Position numbers and translations under genes: made by a program. Below, in pieces: positions 1 through 12,089 of a stretch of 64,000 bases of DNA (positions are counted from its first letter, which is position 1; each line of letters begins with the position of its first letter). The notes under the pieces were generated by a model. The model was not told where the DNA came from and did no database searches. It saw only the letters and a program-made list of their open reading frames with translations. Source of the DNA: Octopus sinensis (taxonomy: Eukaryota); NCBI RefSeq assembly GCF_006345805.1, contig NW_021835479.1:5392-69391 (forward strand). Reading direction: 5' to 3'.

Positions 1-23
1 CTAAATTGGCTAAATACAGACAT

Positions 24-70
<47 letters not shown>

Positions 71-296
71 CATTCATATATATGCATATACATATATATA
101 TTTATATACAATATATATATTTATATATATTGTGTATACAGGATATATATACATATATATATTTATATTTATATTCACACATACATACATACGTATTTTT
201 ATATGCCTCTATATTTGTATACACATACATTGGAATGATCTTTACTTGAGTCAGGACTTTCTACAATTATTTATCATGTAGGTAATCATGCCCACA

Positions 297-344
<48 letters not shown>

Positions 345-464
345 GATGAGCGCGCGTGCATATGAATACGTATATGTGTGTGCGTAAATATATATGTGTG
401 TGTCTGCATTTTTGGGGTGCAAATGTGTGTACAAGTACATAAGTTTTATATATATATATATTAT

Positions 465-511
465 ACATTTATACATACATACATACATACATACATACAT
501 ACATACATACA

Positions 512-540
<29 letters not shown>
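465..540. repeat. (CATA)n microsatellite
   Basis: Direct observation. Confidence 0.95.
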
Positions 541-543
<3 letters not shown>

Positions 544-1910
544 ATATATACAATCTAAAAATAGTCTCTGAAAGATTGATGTATTGTAATGTCAGGTTAA
601 ATTAAGAAGTATTTATTTTATTTTTATCTACGATTTAATGTAGCTTATACGCATTGTCTATATATCATATATTATTTACATAATTTAAAACATGTGTATA
701 TAATTGTGCACAACAACAGCGATATACAAAATACGTGAAGAAGAAATGAGCGCCCGAAGTCTTATCTGTTGGTGTGACGTTTGAAAGTTTTTAATAGCAT
801 GCGTGTAAACGTGCACACGTACTACCCACAACCCATATGTACATATACGATTGTATGTATGTTTGTCTATGCGAATATACATTATATACATACATACATA
901 CATACATATATATATATATGTATGTATATATATACATATATATATATATACACATATATATATATACATATATACATTCATATGTATATATACATATATT
1001 CAGTAAGTATATATAGATATATATTAGTACGAATGTATATATGTATATATTGAGAAGTTATTGCGTTCATTTATAGATAAAAAAAAATGAGTATATGTTT
1101 AATCACTTTGGAAAATAAACTGCATGTATGTTTGTGCGTGTGTATATATATATGTAGGTATGAATGCATATTTATAAAATACATATATATTTATGTATGT
1201 ACATGTGTATATATGTATGTGTATGTACACTCACACTCACACACACACACACACACACACACACATTATTTATATATATGTTCCTAATGGTGCGTTCGTT
1301 GGCGTGTAGTCGTAGTAGTGGGACATGTTTTTCTGCATGCTCAACATGATCCCAATCTTATCATCCCATTTAGAACTTACTAGATATCAGTAGTTAAACA
1401 GCCATCAAACACTTATGGCTTCCTTACACCATTTCTTTATCTATTTATTGTTTAAGTTATTTTGCCTTTTTATTCCACTTATCTTCTATTCCTAATTTTC
1501 TCATCTAAGCTGCAAGTTTCCTGGCAAAGTAAAGTTGTGATTGGTTACCTCTCCAGCCAGGAATAAGTTTATAAGTTACCCCTCCACACCCATTTGCTAA
1601 ACACCTGCTGTTTGTGATCGTGTAATGATTAACTTAACGGAATATCTCTGTTCTTTCCATAGTTATTTTTATAGAGAAGAAGAAAACAAAGCAAAAATCG
1701 TGGATCCGAGGGAAACAGCAAAAATCTGTGTTGGCAGAAACCAGTTAACAGAACGAGTGAATATTCGTGCATCAGAAGCCAATATAGGAGTCATCTAAAA
1801 TACACGGGAGACCTGCTCTGGAGTTGCTTTACCTACCTACATACTTACCTATCTACCTGCCTGCCTACCTACCTACCTACCTACCTACCTACTTACATAC
1901 ATACATACAT

Positions 1911-2215
1911 AGTTGTTTGTTCCTTCTCGAGCCACGCCTGGCTCATAGGACCGGTTTCCCGGTTTCCTTGGCGTATAGATTCCCCACCTGGATGGGACGC
2001 CGGTCCGTCGCAGGTGAGCTGCAAGATGCAGAAGGAAAGAGTGAGAGAAAGTTGTGGTGAAAGAGTCAGCAGAAGTTCGCCATTACCTTCTACCGGAGCC
2101 TCGTGGAGCTTAGGTATTTCGCTCATAAACTTACACATCACCCGGTCTGAGATTCGAACCCGTGATCTCTCGACCGCGAGTCGGCTGCTCTAAGCACTAG
2201 GCCATGTGCCTCCAC
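1911..2215 (-). mobile_element. SINE family D (tRNA-Arg-like head, V-domain-like body, AAC tail)
   Basis: Head tggcctagtg.ttagagcagccgacTCGcgg...gggttcgaatc with A/B boxes; body cctgcgacggaccggcgtcccatccagg; tail ggaacaaacaac. Confidence 0.9.
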
Positions 2216-3403
2216 ACATACATAAATACATACATATATACTTACATACATACACACACACATAACTATTTAGCGGCTGTCAGCTTGTAGACGAGTTTGA
2301 CCAACACTTAAATTATTTCATCCTAGATGTTAAAAGAATGTTAAAAAGAATCAGCCAGGTCCGTGCTGATGTTTAAATGCCGCTACGCGTCCACCTACAA
2401 AGCCGAGTAGTAAAGAAACAAGACCAAGATCCTCGGGTTCGCAATGAGACGGATGTTATTCCGGAATTTCCTTTTCCGACGTAGATATTACAACAAGACT
2501 TACGAGTCTCTCACACCCAACAGTTGGATGACCGTTGATTTAACCGAGTTCATCCGTCCTTTGACAGGCTGCTCTTTCTTATGTTGCATACGTACATACC
2601 AACATACAAACATGTATGTATGCGTGTACGACAATACTTCCTTTACTGATGAGCTGGAGCTAGCAATTGAAACACACGTCGGTAGTAAACTGATATTTAA
2701 CTTAATATCAGACTTTGTACTTCCTACTATGTTTTGTCTATATATATATGTCATTGTACACACATTAGATTACAGTATAGTTATGAATATATGTGGGTAT
2801 ATGTGTTTGTGCAAATATATACGCACAAATACATACACACATACATATAAGAATGTATAGATACACGCGCGCAACCACACTATACATCACTGACTTCATG
2901 TTTCTACGTCGTGGCAGGATTTCATATTATCACCACCACCACCAGCACCACCACCACCACCTCATTGTTGTTTCATTGCCTCAAGCTCGTTTCTTTATTT
3001 ATCTTCCCAACATATTTGAACATTCTACGAAACACGGCATGTCTTTCATTTTGTTTTTCTCTCTCCACATGGAAGATGGCGTCTTCAACAGAGCAATTTT
3101 TGTGAAACATCAGCAATTTCATAGAGAGTAACGTATACTAAACATTGCTGATATCACCAACAACACTACAACGACGACTTCCACAACTAACACCACCAAC
3201 GTCAACACCAACACCAACACATTTAACTCCCTCTCCCACCACCACCACCACCAACAACAACAACTACAACAACAACAATAGAAATTACAATCACAGCAGT
3301 AACACCAACTATAACAACCACTTACGATATTTGAGTGTTAAGGTTGACCAGTGCAATGCCGTGTCTATTTTGCCAGAACACTATAAGCAGATGGCGTAAC
3401 TTA

Positions 3404-3406
3404 GTA

Positions 3407-3478
<72 letters not shown>

Positions 3479-3809
3479 TAATAATAATATAATAATAATA
3501 ATAATATAATAGTGATGTGAACCGGGGTCTGTGATTCAGTGCTTTCCTGTTAGTCGTTGCACCTCTACATTAATGTTTTCGTATAAACAAACAAAGTCGT
3601 TAGTTTGCACGAGTGATGAGGATAAAGAAACAAACAAGTCTTATGCAGCAATTACCTCGAAGAAGTGCATACATCTGCAACTAATAAGGCCACCTTAAAT
3701 ATTTCAGGAGTAACAACAAGAACAACAGCAATAACGACGACGACTAATAATAATAATAATAATAATAATGATAATAATAATAATAATATAATAATAATAA
3801 TAATAATAA

Positions 3810-3864
<55 letters not shown>

Positions 3865-3865
3865 C
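3404..3865. repeat. Two (AAT)n arrays
   Basis: At ~3404-3510 and ~3745-3865. Confidence 0.95.
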
Positions 3866-4098
3866 GTTAACAATAACATCGGTGGCAAGAACGGTAAGAT
3901 CAACGCACAGAAAGAAAGCAGTAACAACAACCACAACGGTAACCACTACAACAGAAAGAATAGGAATCACATTACTGAGGAGGAGGAGGAGGAGGAGGAG
4001 GAGGAGGAGAAGGAGCAAAATGCCAGTAAGACGAAACACGCCACCGTAGTGAGAATAACAGCCACAGCAACGATAACAATCGTAAGAGAGTAATTACG

Positions 4099-4300
4099 GT
4101 TTCAACTTTTGGTACAAGTCTAGCAGTTCTGAGGGTAGGGATCTAATCGATTATATCAGTCACTGTGCTCAATTGGTACTTATTTCACCGAACTCGAAAA
4201 GCAAATCCCGGTGGGATTTGAACTCAGAACGTGAAAAGCTGAAAGAAATGCCGATAAGTAGTTTGTCCAGCGCGTTAACGATTCTGCTAGCATGTCGCCC
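4099..4300 (-). mobile_element. SINE family A, decayed
   Basis: atttgaactcagaacgt...ttaacgattctgctagc. Confidence 0.8.
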
Positions 4301-4789
4301 TGGTAGCAAGAGTTCGTTACATAGGTATAAGGCAAGCAACTTTTAAGGGGAGGGTAAGTCAATGACATTGATCCTAGTGCTCAACTAATTGTATTAATCT
4401 TGAAAGGATGTATAAAAACTTAATACTTTATACATATCACCGTCAAAAACTATGGCTGCCATGCGTTTATATGCCTGAACACTTATAGACTTTGCTATGA
4501 TGTAAATCAATATTTTTCATTTTTCATTTTATATGTATTTGCCGATTTATAATGTTTTGTATTGTACTGTATTATTATTATTGTTGTTGTTGCTATCATA
4601 TTGCTTTTCCAATATATTATATTATGATATCGATGTATTCTACCTGATTTTTTTCCACATAATATGTACTGTGAACTGCGTGATACATATATTGTTTTGC
4701 TGGTATTATTGTTATTAATAATAATAATAATAATAATAATAGTAGCAATGGTGGTAATGGTAATAATAATGATGGTAACATTAATGGCA

Positions 4790-5412
4790 TTTTGTAACTT
4801 GATATAATGAACTCTTGACTTTGTATATGTGCATTTGAATATAGATATGTGTATGTTTGCATATTGTAATATTCTAATATATTGTTTTGACAAACTGTAA
4901 CCTTGAATATAGAACATATGTATGTATATTGTTGTATATTATTATGTATATGTGTATGTATAAATAGGAGTATGGGTATATGCACTCATATGTATGTGTA
5001 TATTATATATTATGGGTATGTACCCACTCTTGTATGGGAGCACCTCCTTTGATATTCATATTTAGTTTTGTTTGTAATTTATAATCTCTGAAGAGGCCTT
5101 GGGATATTTTTGTAAGTGTCTCATTTATAACCACATATTAACTTATCACACCGGGCTAATATGAGCATAATGAGATACCCATATCTGCATGGCTGAAACA
5201 ACTGTAAGATGTAGTTTATATTTATATTTATTTATATTCACTTATACGTATTGTACTTATTGTATCATATTACTCATTGATGTGCATCGTTTTGTTCTAT
5301 ATTATTATGTTTGACGTTGATGTTTATATGTAGTGGGTTAATAAATTATGTGATTGGGTATTATCTGGTAGTTGATTATTAATTAAGGTGTATTTCTCCA
5401 TTCTCTTATTTT
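4790..5412 (+). mobile_element. Non-coding Penelope-type element carrying the long-stem-II HHR
   Basis: AT-rich non-coding segment ending in (TA)n. 5086-5412 is homologous to 27475-27835. The 5' boundary is approximate. Confidence 0.6.
5084..5210 (+). ncRNA. Type I hammerhead ribozyme with ~100-nt stem II
   Basis: ATCT-CTGAAGA(5088-5094)-GGCC...GGCT-GAAAC(5195-5199)-AACT-GTA-AGAT. Stem I ATCT/AGAT. Internal stem II pairings include gatat/atatc, tctcatt/aatgaga and atatta/taatat. Confidence 0.75.
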
Positions 5413-5415
5413 ATA

Positions 5416-5460
<45 letters not shown>

Positions 5461-5465
<5 letters not shown>

Positions 5466-6384
5466 AATTAATAAATAATAAAACATATGCATATATACAT
5501 ACATATATGTACGTACCTACCTCTACATGTATATATATACATGCATATATAGGTACATACAGCACACAAAAAACGTCGAACACAATGAGAAACGAAAACA
5601 TAACACAAAACCAAGGAAATGGAGATTTTTTTCTTAACGAAAAAATAGAGTACAGGACATACAAAACAAGGAAAATTCCCTTCTTCAGTCGCCTTTGTTT
5701 CATCTACTCACGTTTCGAAGGTCAAGGCGATACATGAATTTAATGAAACAATCCTTCCCGCGAAAATCAAATTAAATAAAATTTGAGATTTTTTGCGGAG
5801 GGGTAAAAATGGTAACAAAAACAGGACAGTAACGACAGTACAAATTATAAACAGTAAAAGACAGGACAAGGAGAATAACAGTAACACAAACAAGAAGGGC
5901 TGTTAAGCCGAACGAGATAAAAAATTTTTACGAACGTTATTTTTTGAGAACGGCGAGGGAGCAACAGATGTGCCGTCTCTACTTGAAGGTAGCCAGGAGA
6001 AGAAAGAGAGTAGCAGAGTTCTCGTCGCGGGTCAACGACGGGAGGGAGGAGGAGGAGTAAGAGAAAGGGAGAGAAAAAAGGGAATGGTTGTAGAGAAAAG
6101 AATGAAGAATGAGAAAGAGAGAGGGAAAGACAGTAAGGTAGAAGAAAAGGAAAGCCAAAAGAATGAAGGCTGAGAAAGGGAGGGGGAGAGAAAGGTTAAG
6201 AGTGCGCATCATTATTATTATTAAGAACAATCTTACTTAGAAATGGATGCGTTCGTTCCCTTATATAATAAATTAATAAATAAATAAAACATATGCATAT
6301 ATACATACATATATGTACGTACCTACCTCGACATGTATATATACATGCATATATGGGTACAGGACACCAAAAAAACGTCGAACA
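5461..6384 (-). mobile_element. Non-coding Penelope-type/retrozyme-like element, ~805-bp unit with ~120-bp terminal direct repeat
   Basis: 5461-5582 is repeated at 6266-6384 (ends ...aaaaacgtcgaaca). Flanked by (TA)n on both sides, no meaningful ORF, carries the permuted HHR motif. Confidence 0.65.
5678..5737 (-). ncRNA. Candidate non-circularly permuted hammerhead ribozyme (junction strand order III-I / II-III / I-II)
   Basis: Minus strand: TCATGT-A | TCGCCTT-ga-CCTTC-GAA-ACGTGA-(12 nt)-AAGGCGA-CTGAAGA-A-GGG. Stem III TCATGT/ACGTGA (6 bp, 1 GU), GUA cleavage triplet, stem I TCGCCTT/AAGGCGA (7 bp), both core halves intact. Stem II is weak (GGG/TTC). Confidence 0.55.
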
Positions 6385-6667
6385 TATATATATATATATA
6401 CATTTATAGTTTACTTCTTGTGCCTTCTTATCTAGATGTATTATTCATCGTAGGTATGTGTGTCTATATCTGTGTGTACGCACGCGCGCACGCTTCTACA
6501 TCTAATGTCACAGGTGCTATAAGTTAAAAAACCCCACTAATATTCTGGCAGTTTATGTCTTCTGACGAGTAAATTTCGGTCATAAAAAGAACAGAAATCA
6601 TGTTTTACTGCCCAGGCGAAAACTCAGTAGTAGTTGAAAAATGTGCCCAGAGACAAATACATTTAGG

Positions 6668-6719
<52 letters not shown>

Positions 6720-7087
6720 CAAACACGTACATATACATCGAATGTATTACGCCACCAATAAACAAAAGCGTAGCCGTAACTAATAAAACTCAACTAAAAT
6801 ATTACGTCAAAGTTTTAACTGTTACATAAAAATTATTCATTATATGTTTAATTATAGTAGATACTTAAGTGGAGTTTTATATCTGAGACTAGCATATGTC
6901 TCGAATTATAAAGCAATGCATTATGTAAGTGGTGTGTATGTGTGTGTGTGTGTGTGTATCAAAATAGATAAATAGATTGTGTATATATATATATACATAT
7001 ATATGTATTTAAAGATAGATAAATAGGTAGATATACGCATACATGCATACATACATACACATACATATATGCACACATACACACAGC

Positions 7088-7127
<40 letters not shown>

Positions 7128-7349
7128 AATGTATTTATTATATAAATGCCTGTATAAATATATACATGCATACACACACAAGCACCAGGAAACAAAGAAA
7201 CACACACGTATACAGAAGGGATGGACGAAAAGAGGGACACCTGTTGCGGAATCCAAGACGATATTTGATGAGATATTACACAGTGAAGAGCATAGCTAAT
7301 GGCGACTTGAATATACATCTCTAATCATTCGAGGATTTGGTCATCATCA

Positions 7350-7552
<203 letters not shown>

Positions 7553-7553
<1 letters not shown>

Positions 7554-8118
7554 TAAATGCCCTGATGCAGTACCAGGCAGTGGCTCTCATAGCTTCTGAT
7601 CTTAACTGATTGGAAGTGTTATTATGTACATTGTTTTGTCTTGGTATAAAAGATGGGCTACAGCAAATATTCTTCTCAATACCACAGATTTGCTTGTCAG
7701 TTGTTTGACCTTAACCAGTTGAGCATGTCCCTTAGTGGCTGACGATATGTGCATCTCTGATCACGAGCAGAAGTAGTGGGGGAGCATCATAGCCATGTGT
7801 TGAGAGGAATTCTTTGGGGTTTGAATAATTCACCTCTGGAAACATGGGTGGTTCTTTCAACATCCTTAAACAACCCTTATTCAGGGACCTTTTGAGCGGG
7901 ATGGGCTACTCAACCTGAAGAAAATTCAAACTGGGCCCCACCTGCAAGCTCATGTGCTATTTATCTTGATATCAGATCACCATGTCGCACACATATGGTT
8001 GTGATACATGTGCCTGGTGTTTACCCTTATCAGACGGGTAGTCATGATGGGTATATTGGCTTCGTCGTATATTTCACCCCAGTGTCACTTTGATGGCATG
8101 AACGCTCTCTCACTCAAT
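7553..8118. mobile_element. ~565-bp complex-sequence interspersed element inside (AAT)n
   Basis: Non-coding, higher-GC block precisely bounded by long (AAT)n arrays (7350-7552 and 8119 onward). Confidence 0.6.
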
Positions 8119-8202
8119 GTAATAATAATAATAATAATAATAATAATGATAATAATAATAATGATAATAATAATAATAATAATAAATAATAATAATTGAT
8201 GA

Positions 8203-8237
<35 letters not shown>

Positions 8238-8441
8238 AATAAGAATAATATTAATAATAATAAATAATAATCATATATTAATAATAAATAATAATAATAA
8301 TATAATAATAATAATATAATAATATAATAAAAAAGAAGAAGAAGAAGAAGAAGAAGAAGAAGAAGAAGAAGAAGAAGAAGAAGAAGAAGAAGAAGAAGAA
8401 GAAGAAGAAGAAGAAGAAGAAGAAGAAGAAGAAGAAGAAGA
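8119..8441. repeat. Compound (AAT)n-(GAT)n-(GAA)n array
   Basis: Includes pure (GAA)n at ~8333-8441. Confidence 0.95.
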
Positions 8442-8970
8442 AATAGTGTCTTTAAACAGCGGATGAAAGCTTCAGAGACACAAGAAATTATGAGAAAAGG
8501 TGTTTCTGGGGCAAATATGCCTCTCCCACCTGGGCTTATAACATCATTAATGGGACATCAGCTTTTAGCTCATAGACTTTAAGCTCCTTCAGTGCAACCA
8601 TTCCAAGTGGTCCCTTCGTTGCAAACGAGTGATTTTTCTTACGCCTCGCTGCAGGATTAAACCTCCATGCTGAACATTGAGTGGCGGATTGAATGCGATT
8701 GTACTTGTATAACATGACTGACAAGCTGAGAGATGTCACGCTGGAGCATATCCCGTGTTCCGCTTCTGCGCATTTGACAGCAACACATTCAACACGGACA
8801 TCAGTGTGTATACGTGCGCGTAAAGCGTACGCGCAACGCACATAAGCGCGCGCGAACACACGCACATGTACGCCTCTATATTGGCATAGATTCATATATA
8901 TAATTATGTATGTAAGTACGTATGTATATATTATATATTATGCATTATTATATTATATTAATATATATAT

Positions 8971-9005
<35 letters not shown>

Positions 9006-9074
9006 TCATATATATCCAAGTGTACGCGTGTATACATGTAGGAAAATGTGTGTGTATATATAGATACAGGCATA

Positions 9075-9143
<69 letters not shown>

Positions 9144-9203
9144 AGAGAGAAGATGATATATACACACGCACATATATATATACATAATTATATATTATAT
9201 ACT

Positions 9204-9237
<34 letters not shown>

Positions 9238-9329
9238 ATATATATATATATATAGATATATAATATGCATATATACATACAATAGCAATATATAATATAT
9301 ATATATATACACACACAAATATATCTATG

Positions 9330-9373
<44 letters not shown>

Positions 9374-9734
9374 TGTGTGTTTGTGGTGCATATACGTGTA
9401 TGCGCGGCGAAACGATTAAAAAGTTCATACTGAATATTACGGTCCAGAGTTCGTTCCCATTGCATGACATCTTTTACTATAGCTTCACATCAATCCATGC
9501 CTCATCTTATTTATGAAAACAATTTAACATTAAAATGGTGAACTACTCAATAAATTTTAGTAGATTACATATTTATTAATTTCTACTAGAGAAAAGTGGA
9601 GAGTGACTTCGAAATTTCTGGTTTGCTAGCTTCTATCAAAGTGTGCTTTCGGGTTCTTGTACGCTTCGTAACTTATATAACTTTGGGCAAGTTGCTTTTT
9701 GGTGCGTGTGTGTGTGTATATATATATATAAAGG

Positions 9735-10085
9735 GAAAGTTTACGAAAATAAACAAAAGACGAAGGCAGGTGGAGTACAAACAAACAAATGTATTAGTGT
9801 AGCGCTCAGGAATAGAAAAAGTCTTTTACGTTTCGAGCCTACGCTCTTCGACAGAAAGATACACAGAAAAAAAAACAAGGAGAGAAAAAATGCGTGTAGG
9901 AGCTAACGATCTATCATGGCGTATATATAAAAAAACACTTTATATATACATTTAAACACATAAGAAGTAACCGTCATAGGATTCCTTTCACGCTAGAAGG
10001 AACAACTAAATTCCAAACCACTATTAGGGATAAAAACTCGAAGGGAATGAAAAATAAAAACATTTACCATCTATCTTCTGGACCA
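9735..10085 (-). mobile_element. Minimal-HHR-bearing non-autonomous element
   Basis: Homologous to 58620-58800 and 15040-15225, adjacent to (TA)n. Shares aaaccactattagg with the TA-embedded segment at 22630-22757. Confidence 0.55.
9822..9859 (-). ncRNA. Minimal hammerhead variant with CUGUCGA core
   Basis: TCTTT-CTGTCGA-A-GAGC-GTAG-GCTC-GAAAC-GTA-AAAGA. Stems I and II pair perfectly, but the core has A6->U. Confidence 0.55.
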
Positions 10086-10275
10086 TGGTTTCAGATTCTT
10101 TTTTAGCAAATAAAATAATGCCGGTATATATATGTTTGTATGTATGTATGTATATATATATACATATATATGTACATACATATACATATATACACGCGCG
10201 CGTGTGTGTGGGTGGGTGTTAGCGAGTAATGAGAGAAATAAAGAGAGAAAAGCAGGACAGTCTGAATGCAAATAT

Positions 10276-10576
10276 GTTGTTGTTGTTGTTAATGTTGTTT
10301 GTTCCTTCTGGAGCCATGCGTGGCTCATAAGAGCCGGTTTCCCGGTTTCATTGGCGTATAGGTTCCCCACCTGAACAGAACGCCGGTCCATCGCAGGTGA
10401 GCTGCAAGATGCAGGAGGAAAGAATGAGAGAAAGTTGTGGCGAAAGAGTCAGCAGAAATTCGCCATTACCTTCTGCCGGAGCTTAGGTGTTTCACACAAA
10501 ACCCGGTCTGAGATTCGAACCTACGATCCCTCGACCGCGAGTCCGCTGCTCTAACCACTAGGCCATGTTCCTCCAC
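10276..10576 (-). mobile_element. SINE family D copy
   Basis: Colinear with 1911-2215, with a (CAA)n tail. Confidence 0.9.
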
Positions 10577-10795
10577 ATATGCGAATATATGTACGCTAAT
10601 GTTCCCCAAACTTGGTATATTCTTCAACATACTATTCCAATGATCAGCAGAGAGTAGAAAATTAAATGGCAATCAGAAATATTAACTACAACAAGCAGCC
10701 CGCTCCTCCTCCTCCTCCTACTACTGCTACTACTATCATCACCACCAAAACTACGACTACACTACTGCCACCACCACGATGACCACCACCACCAC

Positions 10796-10844
<49 letters not shown>

Positions 10845-11121
10845 TAATAATAATAATAATAATGACGGGAGTGGGGAACGATGAAACTTTCTCTCCAAGC
10901 TAGAAACTGTTTCAAGTCATTAATTTAATTATTACACATATGTTCTCCCATTAAATAACTTCCAACTTTTTTTTTTCGACTATGAGCTAGAATCATTCTA
11001 CTTGTAACTAAAGACCACCACTCCTCTTATTGGCATAACTCTCCGTCCTTTAAAACTAACAATCACAAAGGCAGCAACAGCAGCAATAACAATAACAACA
11101 ATAACAGCAGCAGCAGTCGAA

Positions 11122-11275
11122 GCGCAGTGGCCCAGGGGTTAGGGCAGCGGACTCGCGGTCGTAAGAACGCGGTTTCGATTCCCAAACGCACCTAAGCTCC
11201 GCGAGGCTCCGGCGTGGGCGGGTGGTGAACCCCGCTGTACTCTTTCACCACTACTTTCTCTCTCTCTAATGGCGT
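11122..11275 (+). mobile_element. SINE family D, 5' half
   Basis: tRNA-Arg-like head (gcggactcgcggtcg...gtttcgattccc) then cacctaagctcc...ctctttcaccac. Confidence 0.8.
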
Positions 11276-11562
11276 GAGTCCTGATTGGGAGAAGAAGAAG
11301 AAGAGAAGAAGAAGAAGAAGAAGAAGAAGAAGAGAAGAAGAAGAAGAAGAAGAAGAAGAAGCAGCAGCAAAGAACTGATGCAAAAGTCTCTACGTTATTG
11401 AATCGCCTACTAGAATTATTGCTAAATCTTCCTAGAATCATAACCCTGTTCCTTAAAAGAAAGGAATCGCTATAAGTAATAAAAAATCGAGAGGGTCACG
11501 GCAGTATTGCTATTGAACATATGCCTACTTGATCAAGGGTAACCCGGGGCTAAGCAATAGTT

Positions 11563-12003
11563 TCAAATTTTGACAAAAGGGCATCGGGTGGAAGTCGATT
11601 ACAATCGACCCGAGGTGGTCAACTGGTACTTAGTTTTTCGACCCCCATGTGTTTAAAGACAGAGAAGACCTTGACGGATATTGTACTCAGAACGTAAAAA
11701 GCCGGAAAAAATACCGCTAAGCAGCTTGTCCGGTGTGCTAACGATTCTGCCAGCTCGCTGCCTTCTTGAGACTAAAGAATATTTTTTTCTTCTAAAGTCA
11801 CAAGGCTTGAAATTTTAGTGGTGGGAGCTGGTTGACTACATCGGTCCCAAAGCTCAGCTGCAGCTATGCTTTTTTTTTCACCCCTGAAAGCATGAAATAC
11901 AAAGTAGACCTCTGCACAATTTGGATTCAGAACGTAAAGAACCGGAAGACACGCCGCCAGTTATCTTGTCCGATGTGTTGACGATTCTGCCAGCTCATTG
12001 CGT
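11563..12003 (-). mobile_element. Two tandem SINE family A copies
   Basis: Monomers at ~11563-11765 and ~11793-12003, each ending in acgattctgccagctc. Confidence 0.8.
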
Positions 12004-12089
12004 TGCAGAGTTCCTCTTACTAAACATTAAATAATATTAGTGAAGAAATGCAAGAACAGGAATAAAAACAAAGGCTACAACATCTGTAG

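Noticed and set aside
2140-2215. Functional tRNA-Arg gene (also the heads at 10500-10576, 11122 and 15600)
   Set aside because: The cloverleaf is imperfect and runs on into SINE body sequence.
3665-4093. 142-aa ORF rich in N, T and E
   Set aside because: Built from (AAT)n, (ACA)n and (GAG)n repeats; no recognisable domain or splice context.
5678-5721. Conventional type II or type III reading of the permuted motif
   Set aside because: A type II reading needs a GUH site after GAAAC, but the sequence is GUG and no stem I hairpin follows. A type III reading needs GAAA downstream of CUGAAGA, which is absent.
8460-8895. 119-aa minus-strand ORF as a gene
   Set aside because: No recognisable motifs; it starts in low-complexity sequence and ends at (TTC)n, so it is probably a repeat remnant.
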